This document shows positions 46,046 to 59,245 of a stretch of DNA of 64,000 nt, one piece after another (positions within the stretch are counted from its first letter, which is position 1; each line of letters opens with the position of its first letter). Source of the stretch: Macrostomum lignano (Eukaryota); NCBI GenBank assembly GCA_002269645.1, contig NIVC01001373.1, positions 62,001 through 126,000 of the forward strand, read 5' to 3'. The position numbers were made by a program, and so were the translations under genes. Under the pieces are notes generated by a model. The model made no database searches. It saw only the letters and a program-made list of their open reading frames with translations, and was not told the DNA's origin.

Positions 46046-47240
46046 TCCTCTCTCTCCTCATGCGCTAGGTTGTCTATCTGGCCTCGGGGTAAAAAAGTTT
46101 GCCAACCTCTGCCATAGCGTGATAGGGAAAGACTAGTCAATGCACCTCGACTGCAGATAAATATACCAATAACTGCGCTATACGGACACCAGTTGCGCAA
46201 GAAGTATTTTAAAAAAATAAACAAATAAGCCAAACAAATAACTAAAATGCTTGCTGTCATAAAAAATTTGCAGCTATGCTAAGAAATCGAATATCCGAGA
46301 ACGCAGTTTATTAAAATACAATTTTCTGCAGCTGAGCAGACAAAGGCTCACAAATGCCTGAACACATTGGTTAGCAACCAAAAAATCATCCACAACAAAA
46401 AAACAAGGCTGACAACATATTGATGAACCGGATGAAGCAGCAATTAAAATAGGAGCTAACAAGCTAATAACTGCAGATATACTGCAGGACTTCTGGTCTG
46501 AAACCTCTAGGACGCTTTCGTAGAAACAGAAAGCCAAGCTGGTTTTTTGTTTTACAGCCTGTCTCATGGGTGCAGCTACCACCAGTTTTTTTCGGTTTTA
46601 CCTGTTTCTTCAAACTGGATGCAAATTTTCATTCAAGTTCCATAGTCTCTGCAATTCATATTTTATTTTGAGTAATTCCTTGGGGTTTTCAATCATTTGG
46701 ATACAATGATACAATATGAGAATAACTAGATGGGCCACTCAGCACATTTGCGTGTAAGCTACTTTCAGTTCAGTAGTAAGTTAAACTGAAGCATTTTAAT
46801 GGATTTTTAAAGTCAAGGTTCATTTATAGGCTTTTCCAGATTAAAGCTTCCAACGACGCCTTTCCACACTACCCCCCGCCTCGCCCCGTTATTGCCTTCC
46901 ACGGAATTCCAGCCTAAAGCTGCCATGTACATTTCAGTGGACTGGTTAATGTACATTATGACTGAACCGATTAGCTTTGGCTTCTAAACTTATCAAAGTC
47001 ATTTCAGCTGCCTTTTTATAAAATAGCTTATGTATTCTTATTTGTTACTGAATTGAAAGTAGAAAGCTGTTTTACTAAGTACATATGCCTGAGTGGCCCA
47101 TCTACTTATTCAAGTATCTGTGGCAGAAGGTAACAAACGGTCACTTTGATATGCACAAACTGAAAAAGGCGCTGGACTACTCTTAAAGTCAGAAAGACAC
47201 TTTTCCGTCTGCGTGGACATGGACACTCCTCCAAGGGGGG

Positions 47241-48781
47241 TCAGCGGACCTCAGCCGTGACCAGGTGCAGCGGCCGGCCAGTCAGGCGGCACTGGCGCCG
47301 ACTGTGCTTCAACCTGGAGAAGCCGGCCGCCTCCAGGGCAGCCAGGCTGTCCAGCAGATCCGGCCGGCCGAGCTCCGCGACCAACCGGCTGGTCAGCCAG
47401 CAGTCGGCCACCGCCACCAGCCGGCCGTCCGGACGGAGCACCCGGTAGGCTTCTCTGCAGGCCCCGGCCAACTGAGCGCGGGGCAGCACGCCGAAGCAGT
47501 TCACCTGGAATTGGGGCGGGGCCGGTGGGGCGTTGGGGAACCACAGCTTGCAGGATTAGGTTTAGCAAGCCCTGAAGAACTAGACTGGGAGCAGCAGCAC
47601 CTGAACAACTGGGTCAGTAGCACCTGAAACAACTGGGTCAGTAGCACCTGAACAACTGGGTCAGTAGCACCTGAACAACTGGGTCAGTAGCACCTTAGCA
47701 ACTGGGGTCAGTAGCACCTTAGCAACTGGGGTCAGTAGCACCTTAGCAACTGAGGGCAGTAGCACCTGAACAACTGGGGTCAGTAGCACCTGAACAACTG
47801 GGGGGCAAAAGCACATAAAGAACCGGGGGGGCAAAAGCACATAAAGAACCGGGGGGGGGGGGGGCAAAAGCACATAAAGAACCGGGGGGGGGGCAAAAGC
47901 ACATAAAGAACCGGGGGGGCAAAAGCACATAAAGAACCGGGGGGGCAAAAGCACATAAAGAACCGGGGGGGGGCAAAAGCACATAAAGAACCGAGAGGGG
48001 GGGGCAAAAGCACATAAAGAACCGAGAGGGGGGGGGCAAAAGCACATAAAGAACCGGGGGGCAAAAGCACATAAAGAACCGGGGGGGGCAAAAGCACATA
48101 AAGAACCGGGGGGGGGCAAAAGCACATAAAGAACCGGGGGGGGGCAAAAGCACATAAAGAACCGGGGGGGGGGCAAAAGCACATAAAGAACCGGTGGGCA
48201 AAAGCACCTGAAGAACGGGGGGGGGCAATAGCAAATAGCACCTGAGGAACTGGAGATAGCAGCGCCTGAAAAATCTATAAAGGGGTAGCAACACCTGAAG
48301 ACCCGGGGGTAGCAGACACTGAAGAATCAGCAGCCTAAGCCAACCTAGGCTAAGCTACCTGAGCAACCAGGTTGCAGCTGCCGGTGGCCACAGGCAGCAG
48401 GTCGTCGGCCTGGCAGTGGAACAGCTTTGCATTGTCGGGCTCGATGCCAAGCTGCGCCGTTGCCAGCTTCAAAGCCAAGCTGCTCGCGTCGACGCCCAGA
48501 AGGCGAAGCTCGCCAACTGGCCGAAGTCGTCGCAGCTCGGCCAGCGCGTGCCCGGCGCCGAAGCCAACCTCCAGGCAGGTCGCTGGCGAGGCGGGTGTTG
48601 CTGCTGGCAACAAATCAATGCAAGCCTCGGCGCACAGGCGGGAGGCGTGCTGCTGCTCATGGGAGGCGAGGCGAAATGCCAGGCGAGCGAGGTGGCCAGT
48701 GCGATTGCCAGGACAGGCATAATTGGCCAGCACCAGTTGGCGCAGTCGCCTGGGTAGTGGCAGCGATAGTGGACCGCGCAT
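47241..48781 (-). CDS. Uncharacterised class I SAM-dependent methyltransferase; exons 48359-48781 and 47241-47504; 228 aa
   Basis: ATG at 48781; motif I CLEVGFGAG; motif II LLGVDAS; post-motif AYRVLRPDGRL; phase-0 intron CAG|GTAGCT...ccag|GTG. Confidence 0.85.
47590..48230. repeat. Two abutting minisatellites in the methyltransferase intron
   Basis: (cagtagcacctgaacaactgggt)n, then (caaaagcacataaagaacc + variable poly-G)n. Confidence 0.92.
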
Positions 48782-50069
48782 TCTATTTTAGCTGAATATT
48801 CTCTAAATGCCTACTGATAAGTAGCGCGATCAGGCCTTAAGTAATTTTCTGCAACAGAAAACAATATTTAGGAACAAATTTATTGCTGAATTTTGAATTT
48901 TAATTAAATGTTGATTGATATTTTAATGATACAAAGAAAAAGCATTAAAAACAAAGTTATAAAATAACAGGATAAAGTAGCATATTGCCAATAGGTACAT
49001 ATTAGATATTTTGGAAAATCACTTATCTACATCTGCACAAAAATAATATATCATTTTATTATATATAATAAGTTTTAACTTTACTAGATAATCCTTAGTT
49101 AAGATCTATATCATTCAAAAAATCCAAATATCTTTTGTAGCTTAGACCTAATATAGGCCTATATTAAACTTTTTTATTTTATCCAATGAAAAATATTTTG
49201 TTTTTTTTTAAATTACATTGAATAAAACTCAAGCTAGCATGCCAAATTCCACTAGCAATCTAGTGCCCCCTTTAGGATGCCCAATAAGCAAGGAGCAAAA
49301 ATTATTCATGCAAATCAATTAAAAACACATTTTCTTAAGATATACTTGTAGTTCTTTTTAGTTTTATAAATAACCTTATTTGAGTAAAAGTGTCATGGAA
49401 GAAGAGGTTTGCTATGAATTTTTTTCAAACTAACAAAAAGACAACAAAATAAAGCCTTCACAAAGATAACAAACATTCCCTTAAATAGAAAAAATCTCTA
49501 AGACAGCAAGCATCTCCCTAGATAGCAAGCATTCCATAGATAGTAAGCATCCTCCCAAATGCAATAATAGCAAGCACTCCCCCCAAATAAAATAACAAGC
49601 ACCCCCCAAATAGCAAGCATCCCCCAGATAGAAAGCATTTACCACATAGCAAGTAGCTAGGCCTAGTGCAACTATTTCCTCAGCTAATGCAATAATCACT
49701 TTCTCAGATAGTGCAATAATCCTTTACTCATCTAGTGCAATAATCAATGTCTTATCAAGTGCAATAATGTTTTACCCAATAAGTACAATAATAATTGTCT
49801 CAACAAGCACAATAGTCCTTTACTCATCATATGCTCAGTCACATTGTACATGTCATACATGCCTGATGTACTATTGGCATTAATTGGTCATGTTGATATT
49901 GTTGTATTTTAAATAGTATACTATAATATAAAGCTAGTACTTAGGGCTAGGCCTAATTCTAGTTAGTATATTATATTTTTTTTGCAAATAAAGTTTAAAT
50001 TGTCTTGCCTCTGTCTTTGAGAAATAAAGAGAATTAAACATCAAGGTTATACTATAGTTTGGATTGTAT

Positions 50070-50430
50070 CTTAGTTTATGCCAGGTTTAATGCTGAAAAA
50101 ATGACAAGACCTCATTTGTACACCAGGTTTAATGCTGGAAAAAATGATGAGACCTCATTTGTATGCCAGGTTTAATGCTAGAAAAAATGATGAGACCTCA
50201 TTTGTATGCCAGGTTTAATGCTAGAAAAAATGATGAGACCTCATTTGTATGCCAGGTTTAATGCTGGAAAAAATGACGAGACCTTATTTGTATGCCAGGT
50301 TTAATGCTAGAAAAAATGATGAGACCTCGATCATTTGTATGCCAAGTTTAATGCTAGAAAAAATGACGAGACCTCATTTGTATGCCAGGTTCAATGCTAG
50401 AAAAAATGATGAGACCTCATTTGTATGCCA
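50070..50430. repeat. ~43-bp minisatellite
   Basis: Unit tttgtatgccaggtttaatgctagaaaaaatgatgagacctca. Confidence 0.9.
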
Positions 50431-50995
50431 GGTTTGTGCACCAATAAAAAAATTGTCATTTGACACAATGTATCTACTGTGTCATGTACACCAGTATATA
50501 CCCTGATGTATACTAAAAAATGGTAAGACCCTTGTTATATGCTAGGAAATCTCAACATATATATATATAGCCTTCCAAATTTCAAATTATAGAGATTACA
50601 CTTTATAGGGTATCTATGTTGTAGTACATTGTTGTACAGCAAAAGTAAAAATAGTTAACACATGTCTTATTATATGTGTGGGTTCCCTGACAGATATTCA
50701 CCCCGACAGATAATTTTTTCTTCGGGCAGATAATTCAAACAAAAAATGAATTCATGTTTTGGGATACATTCCTTACTCTGATGCCATATTCAGCTTTAAA
50801 AATTTGTTAGCAGAAATTTTCTATCCCAAAGAAAAAAAATTGGCATAAATGCAAAGTGTGTCAAAAGACGAATTCATTGGCACCCCTTACAAACACATTT
50901 TGGAAGCAAATATCTCGGGAAATACAAAAGGGAATCATGTGTCTAAGATGTCATTGCAAAGCTGAGAGCTGAGACATGCGTCAAGAAGTAATAAA

Positions 50996-51133
50996 AGTTT
51001 CAGAGCAAATTATTGAAGCATTGAGACGTAGTGATAAATCAAAGTTTTGGTTTATCTTGGTTGAAGATCGTTGATCAACAAAAAGTTTGATTTATCGCTA
51101 CGTCTCAATGCTTCAATAATTTGCTCTGAAACT
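50996..51133. mobile_element. Small hairpin/MITE with ~48-bp inverted arms
   Basis: gtttcagagcaaattattgaagcattgagacgtagtgataaatcaaa versus tttgatttatcgctacgtctcaatgcttcaataatttgctctgaaac (1 mismatch). Confidence 0.65.
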
Positions 51134-51193
51134 ATTGCCTTCTACACTAAAATATATTGGCCAAACAGGCTTCTTGCCTGAGCCAAACTTGCT

Positions 51194-51662
<469 letters not shown>

Positions 51663-54600
51663 AAATCAAGAAACCAGTATTCTTTTTCAAATGTATGTTA
51701 TTTCAAATTCGTCCTTTTGTTTCTATAGAAATACGACAACGGATCGAGAAAACTTCTCGAACCGAATACCAGAATCGGATCACGGCTCTGGAACCGATTC
51801 TGGAAACAGAACAGGACAACATGAAAAGCTTCGAACCGATTCTGGTTCTGGAATCGGTAATATGAAAAGCCTAAAGGTGATTACAATCAAAATAATATGC
51901 ATGCAAACAGCTACAAACAGAACCGAATTGAAGGACTCGAAATATAGAATTTCATCGAAGCTAGCTGAGAGAAGCATTACTTTTTTACTTTAAACCTGCT
52001 CAGCCATTTTAGGCTGGCTCGACCCCTCTGAACTTCAAAAGACCCTACAGATGAATGATTTCAAGAGTGTTTAATGGTTCAAGTCTGTGTTTAGATTGTT
52101 TTATACGATAGCTAATTAGTAGAGTTTTTGGTGCATTTGCTGTCATTACGAGTACTTGTGAGTGTTGGCAATAATAGATTCATGCACATTTACATGTACA
52201 AGATGTGTGATATATTAATTGTATTGATGTACTGTGAAATAGTGCCCCCGTGGTACATGTGCATTGTTTGTCGAATGAGACATGAGCATGTTATGTCTGT
52301 ATGTATCTGACTGTCTGCTGTGGTCATTGGACGTCAGATGAGCCAGATGTCTATATATTAGCCCATATAAGCTGCCATGGTAGAGACTTTCTATACCCAC
52401 GATATTGACGCAATGATGCATGCATATGTCTTTTTATCTATATACATCAAAGCACTCGATCGATGGGCTTTACAAACGTAAATGCCTATAATGTTGATGA
52501 ATGCAAACGACCCATGCATCGCAGCTGTGTATATATTTTTCTGTCGAGGATCGGTATGACGGGATGAGTACATGCAAACCTCAATAAATTCACGCATATT
52601 CTGACATACGCTCGTATATATATCAACATCCTTAACATGTGCGTGTCAATTCAGCAGTAATTTTTGTGGGTTTATTTTTATTATACGTATATACATTTGG
52701 AATATGGAAATAAGGAAATGCAGCAGCTCAATCGTCTAAAGGGATTCTCAGGACTATAATCCCGAATGGTTCCTACATTTACAGTCCCTTGTAGAGTAGA
52801 GAATCGATCAGTGTAACATATAACTGGTATTCATATTCAAATATGATGTATGGCCGTTATACACGCAAATTTTGCTTAATAGAGCTAAATCCCCATTCTT
52901 GGGTACGCGTTCTCGATACCCGATTTCAGAAGTACAAGATTAGTTAAGTTGCTATGAGTGAGTTTTATCTCTTGCTAACTATTTCTTGGTAAAAGACTCC
53001 GGATAAAATCAAGCTGATATTCGGTCTGAGAAACCATGAGACACGTCTATCCAGGTAATCCAGATCAGATCAGTTAGGTTTAGCTGATAACTTTTTAATG
53101 AACCGCTGTCCGTAGTTACTAACCTGAATTTAAGACCGTTCCGCGGACCAGTTAACCTTGGTTTACTTTTATACGTTATCACTAAATATCTTCATGAAAC
53201 AGACACGAAGTTTTTAAGTGATCCAATTATTTGTGACTGCACGAGCAAAATTAAGTGATGCTTTTGATTAATTGTTTATGCTTGTCAGTTGACTGATTCT
53301 GACACATAACAGCTTCACTAGAAATCTGATACCGACAAAATTGACAATACGCTTGTATGGCTCCACGATTTTTTGTGCTTGCTTGTCGTCTCTAATTTTG
53401 CAGTGATCATGAGATAACGATACTACAGGTAGACACGTGGTGCAGGGACGGTGCGTTGTTTTATACCATATCATCAATGCATTCGTATATTTATTTACCT
53501 CGCAGTCGCTACCGACAACTTACCGAATCGTGTAAATAGTCGCATACGAGTCGGCACTTGCATGTGATCAATGCATACAGAGACCTGCAACTGCAGGTGC
53601 CAAAGCAGCACATACACAGCATGGCGCCACCCGAATCTAATCTTTCCCGCCGCTCCAAATTTTACATACGCTAGTGTTCAGTTTAGGGGTCAATTTGATA
53701 TGCAGCATGGTTAAATTACTACGCATGCAAGTATACATGTTGTAGATTATAATTTAAAATCTGTCGCATTGCATTACAATTTACAGAATCAGCACACAAG
53801 ACTAGACAGACCGAGACCACACAAAGCAGACAGATATCAAAACCAGAACAGACCAGAAAAAATTAAATGAAGAAACCGAAAAATGTGGCACAAATCACCA
53901 CATTTCAAGATCTCTACAAACAGAAAAATTCTAGCGGAGCCAACCCAGAAAACTGTGGAGGATAAACGGATCAATGCTTAGCAAAAGGCCACGAAGGTGT
54001 GGTCTACAGGCAAGGCCAGTAGGCAAAGGGAAGGAGGAATAACCTTTGAAAAATCTGCACCGCTGGGAAATGGCATTCGATGGCCTGCAGCCCGTGCTGT
54101 GCGCTGTGGGGGGGGGTTATAGGGGCAACGGTGGAACAGACAGAATTTTTGGGTCAATACTTCGTGACCGCATTCTGCTGCTTGTCGGATGCTGGAGCGA
54201 ACGGGTAGGAGCCCTCCAAAAGCTTTGATCTCCAAGAAACATTCTTCCCTTGCCCGTCCCCAAGCGACGCAGATGCCAGACGTACGCTGAGCCATAAATC
54301 CCCACTTTCTGCTTTTGCTGTGCACTCTGATTTTAAAAGATGCGCCATCCAGACAGACCGATGGGCTGCTGGCAAGCAGCTGCTGCGTGTCTGTACGCGG
54401 AAGCTCTTCGAGACTGGCAAGGCCTGCAATCTGCGCGGCTGCGCCGGCCCTTCTGCAACCCCATGACTTCCCCATACCGGCTTGCGCACAGGGGAGGCCT
54501 TGGCTTCGCCTATTTCAACTCCATCCACTCCGGATCCATGGATCCTCTTTTGCTGGCCTAATCTTCCTCCAGAACCGCGCTTCAGCAGCTTTTCCTCTCA

Positions 54601-55144
54601 TTAGCTAGTTAGACATCAATCTCAGTCTTTTTTGTAAAGTTCCTATAGCGACAAAGCTCTGCTTTCTTGGGTAAAGCCAGTGTTGACTCTTGGTTTCAAA
54701 AAAACTATTTAAAACGATGGATCCGGTAACGATGTAAGTTCTCTTTGATTGACACATATAACAGACTGTTTCTTAGAGATTCGCACTACGCATATGATGT
54801 GCGCAATACAGTTTGAATGCGTCCTTGGTATAACTCAGTAGGTTTTGTCAAATTCTTCTGGCTCTTGTCCAGGAGCTGGGACTGTGCTCACCTTGAGTAC
54901 ATATGAAAAAATAGCTTTAAATTGCGTTTTGCATGCGGAGTCGATTTCTTAACCAGAGATATGCGCGCATTATCCATTTCTTAGCCTGTTTTTATTTAGT
55001 CGCATTTTTACCCTTTGACAGCAAAACATGTTGATCAGAGTCCGCCTACCTCCCTTCTCTTTTTGCTGCACTTGCACTTGCCCGCGCCTTGCCGTTGACA
55101 CCGCCAAGTCCCCAAACCAGACCGCAGTTTAATATCTGCTCAAC

Positions 55145-58100
55145 CATAGAAATCTAGAATACTAACTGGAAGTGAAGGCTTTCGCGGGGGCGTACATACC
55201 CGGGCCGGGATAAAAAGCTCCTCTTCCCCAAAAGTTTTATTTCCCCAAAATTTTAATGTTTATTTATCATTCTTTTCATTGAAACAAATTTATTTAAGGT
55301 ATATTGCTTACCAAGAGTACACAAGTTATATTTCTCAAGCAGTGCAGTGAATGCAAAACTTACCATCAGTGGGCGCCAAACTTTGCAACTTTTCTTACAG
55401 TCGGTCCAGTCGCTGATGCGGACAGGCGTTTAGTCCAGTTCTTTGCAGCAGTGTTAAACATCTTCCTGCACACCAGCTGCAAGATTGGATGCTGATACTC
55501 ACAATGCGTTTGGAATCGCAACTGTGGGAGTTGTTCAAAAATCTTGGAACAAACTGCTTCAAACAGACTGATGTGTCTGTACCTCGATTTCAGAAATCGC
55601 TGACAGCGCTGCAGTTGCATGATTATCACCCAAGCCTCTTTGCAGATGGTAAACACCAGGTCAGAAGGGTTCGTTAGACCACCGCGGTCTAGCTGTCGCA
55701 GAAAGTCAGATGGCGCTTCGGCTGCAGATTCGTCTGGAGTGGCAACTAGTAGCTGGTTGCATGCAGTGCAGCTTCTTTGCGCTGTGATGGACTTGGCGAT
55801 TTTTCCAGCCACATAGTAGGTTACGTTGGCATCAGCTGCTTCGATCTCCTCAATTAGGTTTAGTTGGTCTGCAATTTGCCCGGCTTCTTCCATTAAGTCG
55901 CTGCCCTCGCTGTGCAGGTCCTTTGCAGCTGCAAGTGACTGAATTGCCTGTGGTGCAGCATGACTGAACTTCAGAACTGAAACAGAACGGATTGCCTTCT
56001 CACCATCCAGAACATCTTTGCACGAAACATAGTAGTTTAATCCTTTTCGGTGACGGTACCATCCAAATCTTCCTTCCAGTGGGTCCGACTGGAAAGCTCC
56101 GACCAGAACATATTCGAACATAAGACTATTGAGTAAGTACCTGCAGACTTCAACTAGAGCATCCAGCGTGTGACTGAGGGCCAGAAAGGTTTCGTCGCTA
56201 AGACCTTTGCTTCTGCAGGCCTTCCATTCGCGCAGATAATTAGCGACGTCCGCGAGGTAGGTAAGCTTCCAATCTGTGTCTGACCTGACTGGATCTCGGC
56301 AACAGTCTCTTTTATGTTTGCCAATTGAGCTCGTCTTGACATTTAAAACTTTCCAAAGTTGCGTCACCGCATGGACAAAAGTCGCAGTGTCGCCCCACGG
56401 CTTTCCTTGATTCGCCGAGTAATATTCCAAGGCGTGCGCGGTAGACTCAGAAAACACAGCTAGTGCCAACTTTGGTGAGGTCTTCTGAATACTTTTTGGA
56501 TCGATGACGCTTGAGTTGAGTTTTGGGGCCAGTTTGAGTGGCTTGTCCTGTTCCAGATTGTACAGCTCTTTGATGTTCTCAAATTTTGCTACAATTAAGG
56601 AATCAGCCGTTCTCTTCACATGTGGTAGCGGGACATTAAAAAAGGCGCTATCTTTTGCTGGGAGCTCCAGAGACTGCCTTTTCTGAAAATTGTTATATAC
56701 GTTTTTAATTGTGTGCGTTGGGTCAAACAGAAGGAAAATCTTCTTTTCTCGATGGAACGGATGGGGTACGCATGTTTGCAGAATGCCACCGCAAAGCTTG
56801 TGGACAAAAAACGCACGGTTTGCGGAATGGTTGTCAACCAAGATGGTCACTACATTAAGGTTTGTGCGCTGCAGCATCCCCATGACGCTCGTGTAGTGCT
56901 CGTGCAATATTTCGGCAGTCAACTTGCTGAGGGGGAAAAGTGCGACGACATCGCGGTACTTTCCGGCGATTGACTTGACCATGAAGCACAGCATTGTTGA
57001 AGCCGGGTTGGCCTCCTGCATGCCAACAATAGACCCGGAAGAGTAGTCTATTCTTCGATTTAGGTGTATCTCATCAATAATCAGGTTGACATTACTCTCC
57101 ATTATTGACAGATTTTGAGTCCGTAGATGAAGGTAATTTTCGTCCGAGACGCCAGGGCTGACAGACAGAGGACTAGAAATCGCCGTTAGTCGTCTAACTG
57201 ATGGCAGAACAAGCAGGTCTTGATCCAGCAGCACCTGGTAGCAAGCTGAACTGGTGGACTTCAGCACCATGGCAAACACTATCAAACCAGGGGAGTACCG
57301 TCTAGCCTCCTTTGCCTGGCAACGAAGCCTAAGCTGCTCCACTATAAACTGGATTTGCTGCATCAGTGGCGTGGCAGAGTCATTCGATTCCTCCAGCAAG
57401 TTGCACAGGCAATCGATGGCAGCTTCAATCCATTTAGCTTCTGCGCTTCTCGGATTGGGATCAGGGATGCCCCACGATTTTGCTAAAGCTAATAAGTTTT
57501 GAATCTGCGAAAACAAGGTGATCTTTCCGAGATCCAAAAATTGTTCAAATCGCTTCATTGGAACCGGTTGTCCTTTCAAACTTACAGAAGCAATCATATC
57601 GCGTTGAATTTTTACAGAGCAGACCAGATTCGGGACATCCTCCACATCAATCAGGCAGAACGCAATGGAGTCGGCGCCAAACACAGGAACGAATCCAACA
57701 GGAATCGGATTGCTCTCTAGCATGGTCTTGATTTCCTCCAACGATCCCACTTTATCCAACGACAGAAACTCCGATGCCGCTGTTTCTAGCCTGTCACTTT
57801 CGGCTTGGTGTCGTAGCTCAGCTGTGGCTGATTCGGTCCGGGAAGTAGAAGCCATTGGCTGCAGTCTTTCCGGAAGTTGAGGAAAAACAGAGGGGATGGC
57901 TCCCTTTCGTAAAACGCGCAGGCTCAGTTGCGCATTTCTCTTGCGCTTTCGACGAGTGTTGGAGTCTTGCGATGTGCTGATGAAGTCCGACTCCAAAAAG
58001 TGCGCAGAGCACAACCGAGACTCCTTAGTTGGGGCATAGTGCTCTCTGCGAATTCTTCGGAGTCACTCAGTCATCAGTTGTGGATCATTTAACGGAAAGG

Positions 58101-58667
58101 CATGGAAAGATGTTTTCACATTCGATTCATTGTTCGAAGTCCTTCTTGCGTAGCCAGATTGGCAATTAAATGCAGCGCATTTGTATCCCATCTAGGCAAA
58201 TTTGTGATATTCAGTTTTGGCAGGATTTGGGTGCTAACAGCCGGTTGCCTCTTTGTTATATATATTATTTTCCTGTGCAGAATACCGTTTGATGTACATT
58301 TCCCTCCTCTCGTTTCCCATATTCTTTCCTTCCTCCCAAGAATATATCCCCACTCCTATTCAATTAATCGTGCACCACTGTAAAGAGCTCTCTGTTTTGC
58401 TCCAGTCCAGGGTTTGCTATCACTGTACGCTCGTACAGCATTTACAGTGTACATCTGGGTGCTGTCTGAGCTTGAAGGGAATGAAAGATGAAGGCATGAG
58501 CAACAAGAAAGAGTTTTAAAGGGCTGGGGGGTTTTTGGGAGGGTCTTTTGGATGCGGGTTTAGTCACTATAACATTTTCAAGCTAAAAAGAATCGGCCCG
58601 GGTAGGTACGACTTGAACTCCCCGACAAAGAAGCCTTCACTTCCAGTTAGTATTCTAGATTTCTATG
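55145..58667 (-). mobile_element. Full-length P-element-superfamily (THAP9-like) DNA transposon
   Basis: Perfect 37-bp TIRs CATAGAAATCTAGAATACTAACTGGAAGTGAAGGCTT (55145-55181 and 58631-58667); 7-bp TSD GCTCAAC (55138-55144 and 58668-58674); internal transposase ORF. Confidence 0.93.
55366..58191 (-). pseudogene. THAP-domain P-type transposase (941 codons) with one in-frame TGA at codon 43
   Basis: MGYKCAAFNC...SFHAFP...LMTE*LRRIRR...SRLCSAHF (C2CH THAP); catalytic-type motifs IIDEIHL, LVDNHSAN, FQSDPLEGRFG; TGA at 58063-58065 is in frame with the 882-aa ORF. Confidence 0.88.
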
Positions 58668-59245
58668 GCTCAACCAACCAACCCAGTCACCCGCGTACAC
58701 TCGCTTATATATGCCATGTACATTTGGCGTGACGTTTCTTTAGTTTGCATCGCGCAAATAAACAGCGGGGTTGGGTGCCAATGCAGGCAACGTACAAATC
58801 TTCGCAGCTGTCATATTTACACTAACAAATGTTTTAAATAAACTGCCTCATTCCTTCTTATCTTGTTCCTCCTCATGCTCACTCAGCGAGACGACCAACA
58901 CGTCTCAAATGTAACAACCAATCTCAGGAAGATTATCAACCGATAATGTACACTTAATTCAACGCATGTGCGGCAGGCGCTCCCCCAATCCTACGAAAGT
59001 CCAACCCCCACTCCCCCGATTCCGCCGCGTATTTTAGCTGAGACACAACCCCAACACCTCCCGCAGCGCCTGAGATTTCATTGCCTGCCTGCCTGTCTGT
59101 CACAGACCATACTGTGTCCACTCCTGTGCAGCCACTGCCAAGCTGGGAGCGCCGATCAATCACACAAGCCACTCCCATTCGACTAAGTTTAGTTCCCTTC
59201 GAGTGAACTCCTTAACTGTCTAATCCTACAAGACAGCTCGTCAAA

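Noticed and set aside
58063-58065. Selenocysteine or alternative-code reading of the transposase TGA
   Set aside because: The position corresponds to Trp rather than Cys, I identified no SECIS, and all other genes in the window use TGG for Trp and TGA as stop.
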